Made by a program: the position numbers and the translations under genes. Below, one piece after another: positions 20,940 to 31,320 of a DNA stretch of 64,000 nt. Below the pieces are notes generated by a model that saw only the letters and a list, made by a program, of their open reading frames with translations, was not told the DNA's origin and made no database searches. Numbering within the stretch: the first letter of the stretch is position 1; every line of letters starts with the position of its first letter. The stretch comes from an uncultured bacterium (GTDB lineage Bacteria > Chlamydiota > Chlamydiia > Chlamydiales > SM23-39), in NCBI GenBank assembly GCA_963716985.1, contig OY970323.1:1632001-1696000 (forward strand). The letters are read 5' to 3'.

Positions 20940-21128
20940 TGCGGCAGAATGGGTAGTACCTAAGATAGTGTTGCAAAGAAAGAAAGGAAAGCCGTCGCAA
21001 ATGCAATCTTGTGGATATTCACTACTGGTGTGATGTTCCCAAAGGTAAGCAATGGCATCTTGTTCAGCATGCCATAGATGGTTGGCCGCTTGGAAAATTT
21101 GCTCCTCGGGTTGCAGGAGATTGCATAG
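20940..21128 (+). pseudogene. IS5-family transposase N-terminal remnant
   Basis: Frame-hopping fragments NAILWIFTTG / WCDVPKGKQW / SACHRWLAAW / LLLGLQEIA match the IS5 N-terminal pattern ILWILxTGxxWxDxP...HRWxxxW. Confidence 0.6.
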
Positions 21129-21269
21129 AGATTGGCAATTTTACGCGAACAAAAAAATTAATCAAAAACTTTTTTTATTTTTGCAACCTATGAATTTTTA
21201 GGTCTGATTATGTGCGGAAAAAATTTTAGAACTTTTTAATAGTGAAAAGAAAAAAAAGGAAAAACAAGT

Positions 21270-22559
21270 TTAAGTTGGCATCGAACCTGGATCATAAGAA
21301 AATTTTTGTTCACGCGTGTCTTTTGGTGTCCATCTAACAAATCTCTCATCTGTGATTTGATTATCAGGTGCTAACACGACTCTCCGATCACAAAAATCGT
21401 TAAATAACAACCTCCAAGTTTGCGGCTCTTGACAGGTCCCTGCACTTGCATAAAATTGCGCATCATATTCCTCGTGTCGTGCTGGGGGGCAAAGACTTGT
21501 TTTGATATGGTAATAAGCGACAGGGCAAAAAAAGTAGAGACGGTAGTGCCAAAATTCTTGGGAGGTAAGAATTTGCACAACAGATCGGGATCGTGTTTCT
21601 GGTTTTTGATATTTTGCCTGAATGGCACGAGCGTCTTCTAAAGTAAGGCAGCTGATCGCATAGCTTATTCGCATTAAATTATTTGCCGCTGCAGTGAATG
21701 CAGGGCTAAACTGGCCGCATTGTGCCACAATCGAGTCGAGTGTTTTCAAAAAGGACGTTCTCAAAATGCTTAAGGAGTAAATTTGAGGGTTTGTTTCAAG
21801 AATAGTTCCTCTTCCATCAGACGGACGACGAACCCAGCATTCAGAATGCTTTAAGAGCTCTCCTATCGCATATTCGATTGCAGCTTTTCCTGCGGGAAAA
21901 CTCTCGTACTTGCCCATAAGCTCGAGGTGTGCTGTCGCAAGAACCTGTCTCAATAGGGTCATCTCACGGCGTTCACGGAATTTTTCTCGGCATTTATCAA
22001 ATCCAGGCCTTAAGGCAAGAAGTGCTGCAACCCCGACTATGGGTATGGTTATTTTTTCCCAGCTTTTAGGAGGTATGGGATCAACGGCTGTTCGTGAAGT
22101 AAGATTAGCGTCTGATGACGGAGGAACAACGCTTGGATTAGGTGTTGTTCCTGCGGGGAAGAAATGTCTATATCCAACAAATCCAACAACAGCGATCGAC
22201 GCGAGAAGAGCTGCGTCAATTGCAAGTGCTTTGTAAGAAGTGAGTTTCCAGAATCCTCGAGCGGCTTCGTCTTGCCTTTTGAGCGCATCATTTGAAATTT
22301 GAATGAACCTGTTTCGGATAGGCGCCAATGTAAGAATGTTGAACAAAAGCGCAAGAACGTTGCAGGGAATCGCCGTGAAAAGGTCGATCGCAAAAGCAGC
22401 AACTTTTGCCCCTGTGTTCATCCCGTTCGTTTTTGCAAGGAAGTTCGTTCCGATGTGCAAACCTAAGTTTATGCCCGCTTCCTCTCTTAAGGTAATCGCT
22501 TGTCGATGAAAAGGATTGAACCATGAATTATCGAGAATGCTTTTAAAAGCGATGGGCAT
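21270..22559 (-). CDS. Hypothetical protein with N-terminal hydrophobic segments (candidate effector)
   Basis: 429-aa ORF, AT-rich flanks, three hydrophobic stretches then a soluble domain. Confidence 0.7.
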   Translation of the reverse strand: MPIAFKSILDNSWFNPFHRQAITLREEAGINLGLHIGTNFLAKTNGMNTGAKVAAFAIDLFTAIPCNVLALLFNILTLAPIRNRFIQISNDALKRQDEAARGFWKLTSYKALAIDAALLASIAVVGFVGYRHFFPAGTTPNPSVVPPSSDANLTSRTAVDPIPPKSWEKITIPIVGVAALLALRPGFDKCREKFRERREMTLLRQVLATAHLELMGKYESFPAGKAAIEYAIGELLKHSECWVRRPSDGRGTILETNPQIYSLSILRTSFLKTLDSIVAQCGQFSPAFTAAANNLMRISYAISCLTLEDARAIQAKYQKPETRSRSVVQILTSQEFWHYRLYFFCPVAYYHIKTSLCPPARHEEYDAQFYASAGTCQEPQTWRLLFNDFCDRRVVLAPDNQITDERFVRWTPKDTREQKFSYDPGSMPT

Positions 22560-23159
22560 TAAAAGTCCTTTTTTGTTTTTGTTACATAAATTATAATACA
22601 TTAATGAGATGCAGTCAATGAAAGTGATTATTTTTATTTGAACAGTTGTTCTGCCAAGCTCGCTGAGGCGTTGTGAAAAATTTGATTTGATGCACGCTCT
22701 TTAGTTGCGGAAGGTGTGTAGCATTTCTCATCAAAAAAAAAGTCTGTCAAAAAAAATTTTGTGCGCTCCAAATTGGGAAAAAATCCAGCAATATAAGTGA
22801 AAAATTTCCGACCTGTCGGTAAAATGTTTATTTTAACCACCTCTTGTTCCCCGACATGTCATCTTTCTCGTACGTGGTAAGAATTTATTTTGGGAAAGAG
22901 GCGTGAAAAAACATTCCTTAAGTTATAGGGAGCTGATCTACTGCCAATACCAAAACTTTTTTCTTAGTTTTGCAACTCCTTTTAGAGTATAATTATCAAT
23001 CGAGCGATTTTCGTTATGGGAGCAAAATTCAGTTAGGACTGTATTTAAAACGCTTCTAACTGCTTGGTGAAATTTCCAATGGGATTTTGCGCCCATAGGA
23101 TTTTCGTTTGTCTTTGAAAGAGGAATTTGAAGTACAATTGTTTCTCCAGGATGTGTGGA

Positions 23160-25523
23160 ATGGGCGTTTTTCTGAAAAAACAAAACCCAAGTGATTTGCG
23201 CCCCTCCTATTCATTTTCATCGTCCAAAAGATCCCTCATCATATACGCCTGTCTCTTGGCGTCATTTTTTTTAACAGGCATTGCGAATGCCCAAACGGCT
23301 TTCATGCCAAATTTTAGCGATGGGAATGTCTATTCTGTCAAACTTAGCACCCCTTCTTCACCCACTCTATTTAGTCTTTCTGGGACACCCACCCCCATCG
23401 AAGACATAGCAGTGTCAGGACAAACAGCCTATTTGGCAGGATGTGATGGAAATGTCTATTCTCTCGATCTAACTGCCCGCTCCTACCCTTCGTTGTTTAG
23501 CCTTTCTCCGATTCCCGGCCCCATCTATGCTATTACAACTTCTGGACAAACAGCCTATCTGGGAGGTTCTGATGGCAATGTCTATCGTCTCAACATCAGC
23601 GCACCTTCCAGCCCAACCAAAATCAGTACTACCAGTATACTTGCATACATCTTTGGAATAGGAGTATCGGGTCAAAAACTTTATCTTTCGGGAAATGACG
23701 GGAATGTCTACTCGCTGGATCTATCTACTCCTACGAGCCCGATCACTAAAATTACAACTGTTGCCGGACCCTCTGCAATCGATGGTATTGCAGTCTCTGG
23801 GCATATAGGATATTTGGGTGGATATAGCGATGGGAATGTCTATTCGATCGATTTCAACAATCCAGTCACTCCAATAAAAATAAGCCTTTCCCCGGTACCT
23901 TCTCTCCAGGTCAATCAAATCGCAATCAACGGTCAAACGGTTTACATAGTAGATAAAAATGGAATCATCTATTCTCTCGATCTCAACAATCTTCCGGGAA
24001 CATTGATTCCGATCAGCCTTCCTTCTTCGACCCTGCTCTCTTTCACCGGCATCCAGATTTATGTTTTTATCAACACCCAGATCTTGAGCGGAAATAACGC
24101 TATTTTAGCTCATTACCTCAACAACAATGCACCCCAATCGACACTCGATCTTTTCAACGCACCCTATGGCCTTTCATATCTCGCTTTTTCATTAGAGATG
24201 ACAGCTCCAACCCGCAACGCAATGGGAACCTTTTCAGCACAGAGGACTCAATTATTCTTTGAACAGTCTGTGAATGATCACTTGTGCCAAAATCGTCTTC
24301 CCTGCAATGCGTCTGGCAACATCGAATTCAATTGCCTTCGATCTGAACTTGAAAAATCTTCCCAAACAAATATTTCTCCTTGCAGACCCAAGGTTACCTA
24401 TACTTCCTGGTTGGGTCTCTTCGGTGATTTTGCTCATAATCCTGCAAAAGATCACTGGAGTTTGGACTAATTTCTGGGACCAGGAGGCGCAGAAATCAGT
24501 CTAAATTAAACGTCATCTCCTATGATTAACCTGCAGAACAAGAGCAACAAAGGATGTTGCAGTCGAATTATCTGGGGGTTTGAGATTTTTGGACAATTTT
24601 CTCAAACCCCCGAATAAATCAAGCAATATGGTTTTCCGACAGAAATCGCTATAGAGCACAAATCAAGATTTGAACTGATTTTGTACCAGATTCAGACGCG
24701 AAATTAGTCCAAACTCCAGGATCAAGCACCTGCTTTTGCAACTCGTTCAGGTGGAGCTGTTGCCGGGTTGGATTGCCATGGCATTTCTTATCCACACCCA
24801 TTGGGAGTTGGAGTTGGCTACGCTCATAACTACATTCACGAAAAGAAAGGTTTTGGCCACATCAACGTCGACCAAGGAGCAATAGTTCTTTATGGAACTT
24901 TGAGCAGGAAAAAGTGGTATTGCGATGTGGCATCATGGGGTGGATATTATCATCTTCACAATATCCGCAAGATCCATTTTCCCGGATTTTCAGGGAGACC
25001 AAAATCAAAAACGAATGGATGGCAGTTGGCCCCACATCTCGAGCTTGGATATGGATATTTTAAGCCGAACTCCCTCAAACGCAGCAGTTGGGCGGGATTC
25101 GAACCCTTTACCATGCTCGATTGGATCAGCACATGGGAACATGGTTTGAAAGAAAGAGGAACCGGCGTTCTGGATTTTGGTCAAAAAGGAAGGTGGTGTT
25201 CACTCTTACGCAGCGAAAGTGGCATTCGTTTCAACGAGATGTTTTATTGGTGCTGGGGGAGGTTGATTGTTCGAGAAAAGGTAAGTTACGCCTATCAAAA
25301 AACCTTCAGCACGGGAAAAATCACCGCTTATCTGATCGGTTCCCCGGGATCCTTTACCGTTTCCATGTTCACGCATGCGCAACAGCTATGTGTGACAGAA
25401 ATGGAGCTATTTTTCTCCCCCGGATCCCAAAAATATCCGCAAGTCAGTATAGCCTATCAGGGAGAGTTTGGTTCCAATTATCATCTGAATCAGATCATGG
25501 CAACTGTTGGGATGGACTTTTGA
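23160..25523 (+). pseudogene. Autotransporter with LVIVD-like beta-propeller passenger, split by a MITE
   Basis: Signal peptide (..LTGIANA|Q), six ~42-aa repeats, C-terminal barrel ending GMDF; removing 24455-24724 restores a ~697-aa frame (PAKDQAPAFATRSGGAVAGLD); start codon uncertain. Confidence 0.88.
24455..24719. mobile_element. 265-bp non-autonomous MITE
   Basis: Perfect 20-bp IR CTGGAGTTTGGACTAATTTC; 5-bp TSD GATCA (24450-24454, 24720-24724); no ORF; internal 12-bp hairpin 24574-24611. Confidence 0.93.
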
Positions 25524-25745
25524 TCTTTTAGAATTCTTTTCTAATCCCGACCTTACCACTTCAGAGCGTAAAGCATGGATTTGGCGAGTGCGCTGACGGA
25601 TGTGTTTTTTCAAAAAATTTTAACCTGTAAAGGTATTGCTTCCTTTTTCGCGGCTCCCTCCTTCCAGTGGGAGTTGCTGGTGCTTTTTTCTCATTCTTGC
25701 ATTATATCGGCGGATTTTGGCATGATATCGAATCACTTATCTTAT

Positions 25746-25823
25746 GGCGATCGTAGCTCAGGTGGTTAGAGCGTTGGATTGTGGTTCCAGATGTCGCGGG
25801 TTCGAGTCCCGTCGATCGCCCCA
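25746..25823 (+). tRNA. tRNA-His (GTG)
   Basis: 8-bp acceptor GGCGATCG/CGATCGCC including G-1, anticodon loop TTGTGGT, GGTTCGAGTCCC, encoded CCA. Confidence 0.97.
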
Positions 25824-25840
25824 CTTTTAAAGGGATTTTT

Positions 25841-26623
25841 GTGTCTCTTCTCGAGTCGATTCTTCTTGGCATCATTCAAGGGTTAACGGAGTTTTTTCCC
25901 GTGAGCTCCTCTGCCCATTTAAAACTGGCCAAGATTCTGCTCCATATCGAACATTCGCAGCCTCTTTTGGTCTTCGATCTTTTCTGCCACTTGGGAACCA
26001 TGCTCTCTTGCATCATCTTTTTACGAAAACAGCTCTTTCAATTGTTTTTCAAAGAGCCAAAAGAGTTGTTCTTTTACCTATGCGCAATTGTGCCACTTGT
26101 CCCCTTTTACTTTTTTTTCTCCGGTGTTTTTACCTATTTTTCCCAAGACCGTTTTTTGGGATATTGCTGGATCACCACCGGAATGGTCCTCTTGGGAGCC
26201 TCTTATTATAAGGGCACGAAACCCTCTCCCCTTTCTTTTTCGGAAAAGACAAAGGATTCCCTATGGATCGGCCTCGGTCAATGCCTGGCCCTGATTCCCG
26301 GTCTTTCCAGAAGCGCTCTGACCATCTCTTTTGCATCTTTCAGGGGCTGGGATCTTCCAAAGGCTGTCCTATTTTCCTTTCTGCTTTCCATTCCGACCAT
26401 TGCGGGAGGAAGTTTTTTAGAAACGCTCCATCTTCTGAAATCTAGCGACCTCGCTTTTTTGAGCCCTCTTCATTATTTTTTGGGTTTTTTTGTCTCTTTT
26501 CTTGTGGGGCTCTTCTCGATCCGCTTTATTTTTTCTCTGAAAGAGAGAAAAAAAGTCAGGCCCTTTGGATGGTATTGCTTGACTGCAGGAATTTTATCGA
26601 TTATTTATTTTTATGTACGTTAG
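25841..26623 (+). CDS. uppP: Undecaprenyl-diphosphate phosphatase
   Basis: LGIIQGLTEFFPVSSSAHL, HLGT, IPGLSRS, FSFLLSIP. Confidence 0.94.
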   Translation: MSLLESILLGIIQGLTEFFPVSSSAHLKLAKILLHIEHSQPLLVFDLFCHLGTMLSCIIFLRKQLFQLFFKEPKELFFYLCAIVPLVPFYFFFSGVFTYFSQDRFLGYCWITTGMVLLGASYYKGTKPSPLSFSEKTKDSLWIGLGQCLALIPGLSRSALTISFASFRGWDLPKAVLFSFLLSIPTIAGGSFLETLHLLKSSDLAFLSPLHYFLGFFVSFLVGLFSIRFIFSLKERKKVRPFGWYCLTAGILSIIYFYVR

Positions 26624-26638
26624 TGAAAAAGCAATTTC

Positions 26639-28999
26639 ATGGCCCGCTTAAAAAAAAAGCAAAAGAAAACAACCGAGTTTAAAGGACTGCTCCTTCTTTC
26701 CTCTGCGCTTCTCTTAGGCTTTTCGCTCATCAGCTTTGTCCAGGGAAATCCTTCCCATAACTGGCTCGGCTACATCGGCTATTTTTTTGCTTGGATGGTC
26801 TATTATCTTTTTGGTTTTGGGGGTTTTGTTGCCGCCTTTTGGCTCGCTTGGGCCGGAATCAAACTGCTCTCCAACCAGACGCTCTCTTCCCTTTCTTCGA
26901 AAACGGGCTCTTTCACCATCCTTCTTCTGTCTTCTTGTCTTCTTCTCAACGTCTTTGCCGATAGCCATACATTGCAGGCGGCATCGCTCGGAGCTCGCAT
27001 CTATACGGAAACCATTTATGAAAATTATCCCTCCATCCACGTGCGCTACAATCTCGGCGGCGTCCCCTTTTATTATCTCTATAAAGACCTCCCTCTCTTC
27101 AATCTGCACGATATCGTGGGCCCTCTGGGCACCAATCTGATCTTTTCGCTGATGGCGCTCGTTTCGTTTCTGCTTTTGACGGAGATTCGTATTTTGGCCA
27201 ATTTGAAAGCTCTCTTTCATCTTTTTTTGAAAGCCAAAGATCTTCTGGCCGAAAAAATTCCTCTTCTCTGTCAACAAATCAAACTCTGCATCTTGGGCTT
27301 TTCCCAAGACAAGAAAGTAGTAACGCCTCCCCGCACACCTTCGGTTGCCCTCTTCGGGAAAAAAGAGAGAAATCTTCCCGAAGCTTCTCTGCCGGCAATT
27401 GAGCGCACATTGCCGAAACTTGCAAAGAAAGCAGAAGCCCTTCCTCAAGAAAAAGCGGCCGGGGCGAAGGAGATAAATCTACCCAAACTCACCCTTCCTA
27501 AAGCGGAAAAAATCTGCGAGGGAAATCCGTTGCCGAAAAAATCCAGCTCTTATAAAGCGCCGCCGTCGACTCTTCTTTCGAGTCCCTCGCTCGTAGATCA
27601 GCCCATGATCAAAAAGGAGCTGAAAAAACAGGCAGAAATCCTGGAAGAAACTCTGAAAAGCTTTGGCATTGATGCAAAGGTCGGAAACATCCACTCCGGA
27701 CCTACCATTATCTCTTTTGAAGTTCACCCCTCCATTGGGGTCAAAGTGCAAAAGATCAAAGCGCTCGAAAACGATATCGCTCTGAATTTGCAAGCCAAAT
27801 CGATCCGCATCTTAGCGCCGATCCCCGGAAAAGCTGCTGTCGGCGTTGAAATTCCCTCCCTTTACCCTCAAGAGGTCAGTTTCAAGGAGATGCTTCTTAA
27901 CTATCAGCAAGCAAAGAAAAGCTTTGCCATCCCTCTGCTTTTGGGAAAAACAGTCACCGGAGAACATGTGATGGCAGATCTCACCCGCATGCCCCATTGC
28001 CTGATCGCCGGAGCTACCGGATCCGGAAAATCGGTCTGCATCAATACCATCGTCATGTCCATACTCATGAACTCTTCGCCATCCGAGGTCAAGCTCATGA
28101 TGGTGGACCCTAAGAAAGTGGAGCTGACCCAATACACAAAACTTCCCCATATGATCGCTCCTGTCATTACGGAAGCTTATGGCGCTTATGCAGCACTGAA
28201 CTGGCTCGTTAATGAAATGCACAAACGCTATGAGATCTTTAAACAGGTGGGCGTTCGTAATATTGCCGGCTTCAATAGTCGAAAAATCAATGAAGCGGAA
28301 GAACAAGCTCTTTCCATCGAGGTTCCCAAAGAAATGCCTCTCATTGTGGCGATCATCGATGAATTTGCCGACCTGATGATGGTTTCAAGCAGCGATCTTG
28401 AAACCCCCATCGCACGCATTGCTCAAATGGCAAGGGCCGTCGGCATCCATCTCATCTTGGCCACGCAAAGACCATCGCGCGAAGTGATCACCGGCATCAT
28501 CAAAGCAAACTTTCCCTGCAGAATTGCCTTTAAAGTCGCAAGCCGCATCAACTCCCAGATCATCCTCGACGAAACCGGAGCGGAAAGTCTTTTGGGAAAT
28601 GGAGATCTGCTCTTTCTCCCGCCCGGAAGCTCCCACATGGTGCGCGCACAGGGCGCCTTCATCCGCGATGAAGATATCAATCGCACCATCAGCTATATCT
28701 GCGAGCAGAATCCGACCGAATATCTCCTGCCCTCTTTTGATCAAATGCCGCCGCCGGAATCTTCTGAAAAAGAAGAGAGTTTTGGCAAAGACAAGCTCTA
28801 TGATCAAGCGCTGCAAATCGTTCTTTCTACAAAAAACGCTTCGACCACTTTCCTGCAAAGAAAGCTCAAAATCGGCTATGCAAGAGCAGCCAGCCTGATT
28901 GACGAGTTGGAGCAGAATGGAATCGTCGGCCCTCAAGACGGAAGCAAGCCGAGAAGAATTCTAAGCTCCCTCTTCGACTCCGAACCGAATAACCTGTGA
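26639..28999 (+). CDS. ftsK: DNA translocase FtsK
   Basis: N-terminal TMs, PHCLIAGATGSGKS, IDEFADLMM, ATQRPS, gamma domain LQRKLKIGYARAA. Confidence 0.97.
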   Translation: MARLKKKQKKTTEFKGLLLLSSALLLGFSLISFVQGNPSHNWLGYIGYFFAWMVYYLFGFGGFVAAFWLAWAGIKLLSNQTLSSLSSKTGSFTILLLSSCLLLNVFADSHTLQAASLGARIYTETIYENYPSIHVRYNLGGVPFYYLYKDLPLFNLHDIVGPLGTNLIFSLMALVSFLLLTEIRILANLKALFHLFLKAKDLLAEKIPLLCQQIKLCILGFSQDKKVVTPPRTPSVALFGKKERNLPEASLPAIERTLPKLAKKAEALPQEKAAGAKEINLPKLTLPKAEKICEGNPLPKKSSSYKAPPSTLLSSPSLVDQPMIKKELKKQAEILEETLKSFGIDAKVGNIHSGPTIISFEVHPSIGVKVQKIKALENDIALNLQAKSIRILAPIPGKAAVGVEIPSLYPQEVSFKEMLLNYQQAKKSFAIPLLLGKTVTGEHVMADLTRMPHCLIAGATGSGKSVCINTIVMSILMNSSPSEVKLMMVDPKKVELTQYTKLPHMIAPVITEAYGAYAALNWLVNEMHKRYEIFKQVGVRNIAGFNSRKINEAEEQALSIEVPKEMPLIVAIIDEFADLMMVSSSDLETPIARIAQMARAVGIHLILATQRPSREVITGIIKANFPCRIAFKVASRINSQIILDETGAESLLGNGDLLFLPPGSSHMVRAQGAFIRDEDINRTISYICEQNPTEYLLPSFDQMPPPESSEKEESFGKDKLYDQALQIVLSTKNASTTFLQRKLKIGYARAASLIDELEQNGIVGPQDGSKPRRILSSLFDSEPNNL

Positions 29000-29752
29000 C
29001 ACTTTTTCCTGATAGGCAATGCAAATATCGACTCTGCACGATCGCTCGTGTAGATATTCTTCGACCCTCTTTTTTGCAACCACTTCCGAATTGCACTCTT
29101 GCGAAAGATGGGCCAAATAGACCCGTTTGAGGTTGGGATGCCAAACGGATGCGATGAGCTCTGCTGCAGATTCATTGGAAAGGTGGCCCTGCCGCCCGAG
29201 CACTCTCTGCTTATGAAGAAAGGAGCGATTGGATGCCATCACCATTGAAGGTTCGTGGTTGGCCTCTATATAAAGGTAATCAAGATTCGAGAGATATTTT
29301 TTCAAAAGGCTCGTCACGAAACCCACATCGCTGCAAATCCCAATCTTCTTTTTTTCAGCTTCGATCACAAATCCTACGGGATCGAGCGTATCATGCTGCA
29401 CGCTAAAGGGGAAAATATGCAAATCCCGGAAAGAAAAGGCCTCTCCTGTCGAAAAAATCTTGAAGGAGGGCATAAACTGCAGGTTCTGATAAATCCCCTT
29501 GGCCGTTTCCATGTTCGCAAAAACGCGGATGCCCATCTTGCCGGAGAGAATTTTAAGCCCTTCGATATGATCCGTATGTTCATGGGTCACGAGGACAGCA
29601 TCGATCTCTTCTAAAGCAACCCCGATCGCACCCAGTCGCTCGCGGACCTGCTTTCCGCTCAAACCCGCATCGATCAGGATTTTCGTCTCTTTCGTTCCCA
29701 AATAAAGCGCATTTCCCTTCGAACCTGATGCTAAAGGACAAAACCCGATCAT
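28961..29752 (-). CDS. MBL-fold metallo-hydrolase (YycJ/WalJ-like)
   Basis: LASGSKGN, THEHTDH, EANH, GHLSN, AHLSQECN. Confidence 0.9.
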   Translation of the reverse strand: MIGFCPLASGSKGNALYLGTKETKILIDAGLSGKQVRERLGAIGVALEEIDAVLVTHEHTDHIEGLKILSGKMGIRVFANMETAKGIYQNLQFMPSFKIFSTGEAFSFRDLHIFPFSVQHDTLDPVGFVIEAEKKKIGICSDVGFVTSLLKKYLSNLDYLYIEANHEPSMVMASNRSFLHKQRVLGRQGHLSNESAAELIASVWHPNLKRVYLAHLSQECNSEVVAKKRVEEYLHERSCRVDICIAYQEKVSQVIRFGVEEGA

Positions 29753-29829
29753 AAAACCCCTTAAATTTTTCAATACTAAAGGCAGTGAAACTAAAAACGC
29801 AATCTTTCCGTTTTTTTCTCGACCCTCGT

Positions 29830-30260
29830 TGGACAATCGGAGACGCCGGTAAAGAGATCGTAGAATATGCCCTTCAAAAAGAAAAACCCCTTATTCCGGA
29901 AGATTTGAACTTCCAAAAGAAAAAACAAACCCTGAGAGAATCCAATAACAAGTATGGCCGACTCCGCTCCTCTTTTTCCTATCGTCAAATCCTAAGCCAC
30001 ATAAAATCTAAAGCTTTTAGAGAGGGAATCGAAATCTACCATGTACATCCCGCTTATACAACAATCATAGGAGAGGTAAAGTTCACAAAAAGATAGGGGC
30101 TGTCGAAACATCATGCGGCAGTTTTCGTCATCGCAAGACAAAAAGATGGTTTTTCAGAAAAGCCTCCTCGATATCTAGAAATAGATACAGAAAACTCCAA
30201 GTCCGCTTTTTCCCAAACCGTGTGGAAAGACGGAAAAACACGTTTGGAGTTTTTATAGGG
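29830..30260 (+). pseudogene. Truncated TnpB-related (IS200/605/607 accessory RuvC) nuclease gene
   Basis: IGDAGKEIV..KPLIPEDLNF..SSFSYRQI..HPAYTTIIG..KR*GLSKHHAAVFVIAR..GFSE; internal TAG 30094-30096; 5' half missing. Confidence 0.75.
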
Positions 30261-30441
30261 CGCTAAGTAAGAAGAAAAAAGCAGCACATGCAATGCCTCT
30301 ACCGACGAAAAGATCCTCAAAAAAACTGAGAGATAGCAAGTCTTCGGTAGATTATGGTTGCAATACCATATGCGAAATGCCAACAAAACTGCTTGGTTGG
30401 CGCATCAATGCAAATTTTTAAAATACCCATACTTGCATAGA

Positions 30442-30951
30442 TTAGTAGCGGTCTATTTCTACGACCCATGATCCTGGAATCTGCGATCGAAAGATCTCCT
30501 CGAGCAGAGATCTTCTCTCTTCTGCCGGCAAAGCTCGTCCATACAACTCTGTATCCCAAAGATTTCTCACCGCTATCGGATTAATATTGAGAACTCCGCA
30601 TAACTCCAATAGCTGCGCTTCATTTGGAGCATCGGGACGTGAAACAAGAGAGATCAATTGAACGCTCGCTTCCTCATCGGTCAATTCGGGCGCAACTAGA
30701 AATCTGCCCGCCCGAGCAGCAGTTAGATCCACATCCTCGATCGTGATGGTATGACTTTCCATTCTTCTTACGCTCGCCCCAGCCAAGCTTCCCAAAACGA
30801 TGCAAGCAATCCTTACAATAGGAGCTGCACTGGGCAAGGATGCGCCCAAAAGCCCTCCGGCAATCGTATGGACAATTTGCGGATGTTCTTGATAACATCG
30901 ACGAACCACTTGCATTGCGCGACTTCCCAAAGCCTGAATTAAACCCGTCAT
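30442..30951 (-). CDS. Hypothetical protein with a bilobed hydrophobic hairpin (Inc-like)
   Basis: IAGGLLGASL-PSAAP-IVRIACIVLGSLAGA; AT-rich upstream region. Confidence 0.6.
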   Translation of the reverse strand: MTGLIQALGSRAMQVVRRCYQEHPQIVHTIAGGLLGASLPSAAPIVRIACIVLGSLAGASVRRMESHTITIEDVDLTAARAGRFLVAPELTDEEASVQLISLVSRPDAPNEAQLLELCGVLNINPIAVRNLWDTELYGRALPAEERRSLLEEIFRSQIPGSWVVEIDRY

Positions 30952-31320
30952 AACGACCCCCAATTATAAGTTTATTATCCATCAATTGTATAAAATAATA
31001 AATAATAAGTCAACTTTAAAATTTAGCATGTTTAAAATTTAGCAAAAAAATAAAGATTTAATTATATTGCGAAATTAAAAAAAATTATTTATAATTTTTT
31101 ACGCTTAAAAAGCCAATCTTCTTAAATTTCAACGACTTAGAGAATGCCTCGTAAAACAATCGTTCCTTTTTTTGAAAATCTATTTGATCTACCGCGAAGC
31201 ATTACAAAGCCTTCGCACAAAGAAAAAATTGGGGGATTGTGATATCGTTCTCTTCTCGAAAGCCTCCTCTTGACACATACTTCCCAGAGGGTTTTAATGG
31301 ATAAAAAAAAGGAGCTTAAA

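Noticed and set aside
25781..25840. N-terminal extension of uppP in the ORF track
   Set aside because: Overlaps tRNA-His; GTG 25841 matches the normal UppP start.
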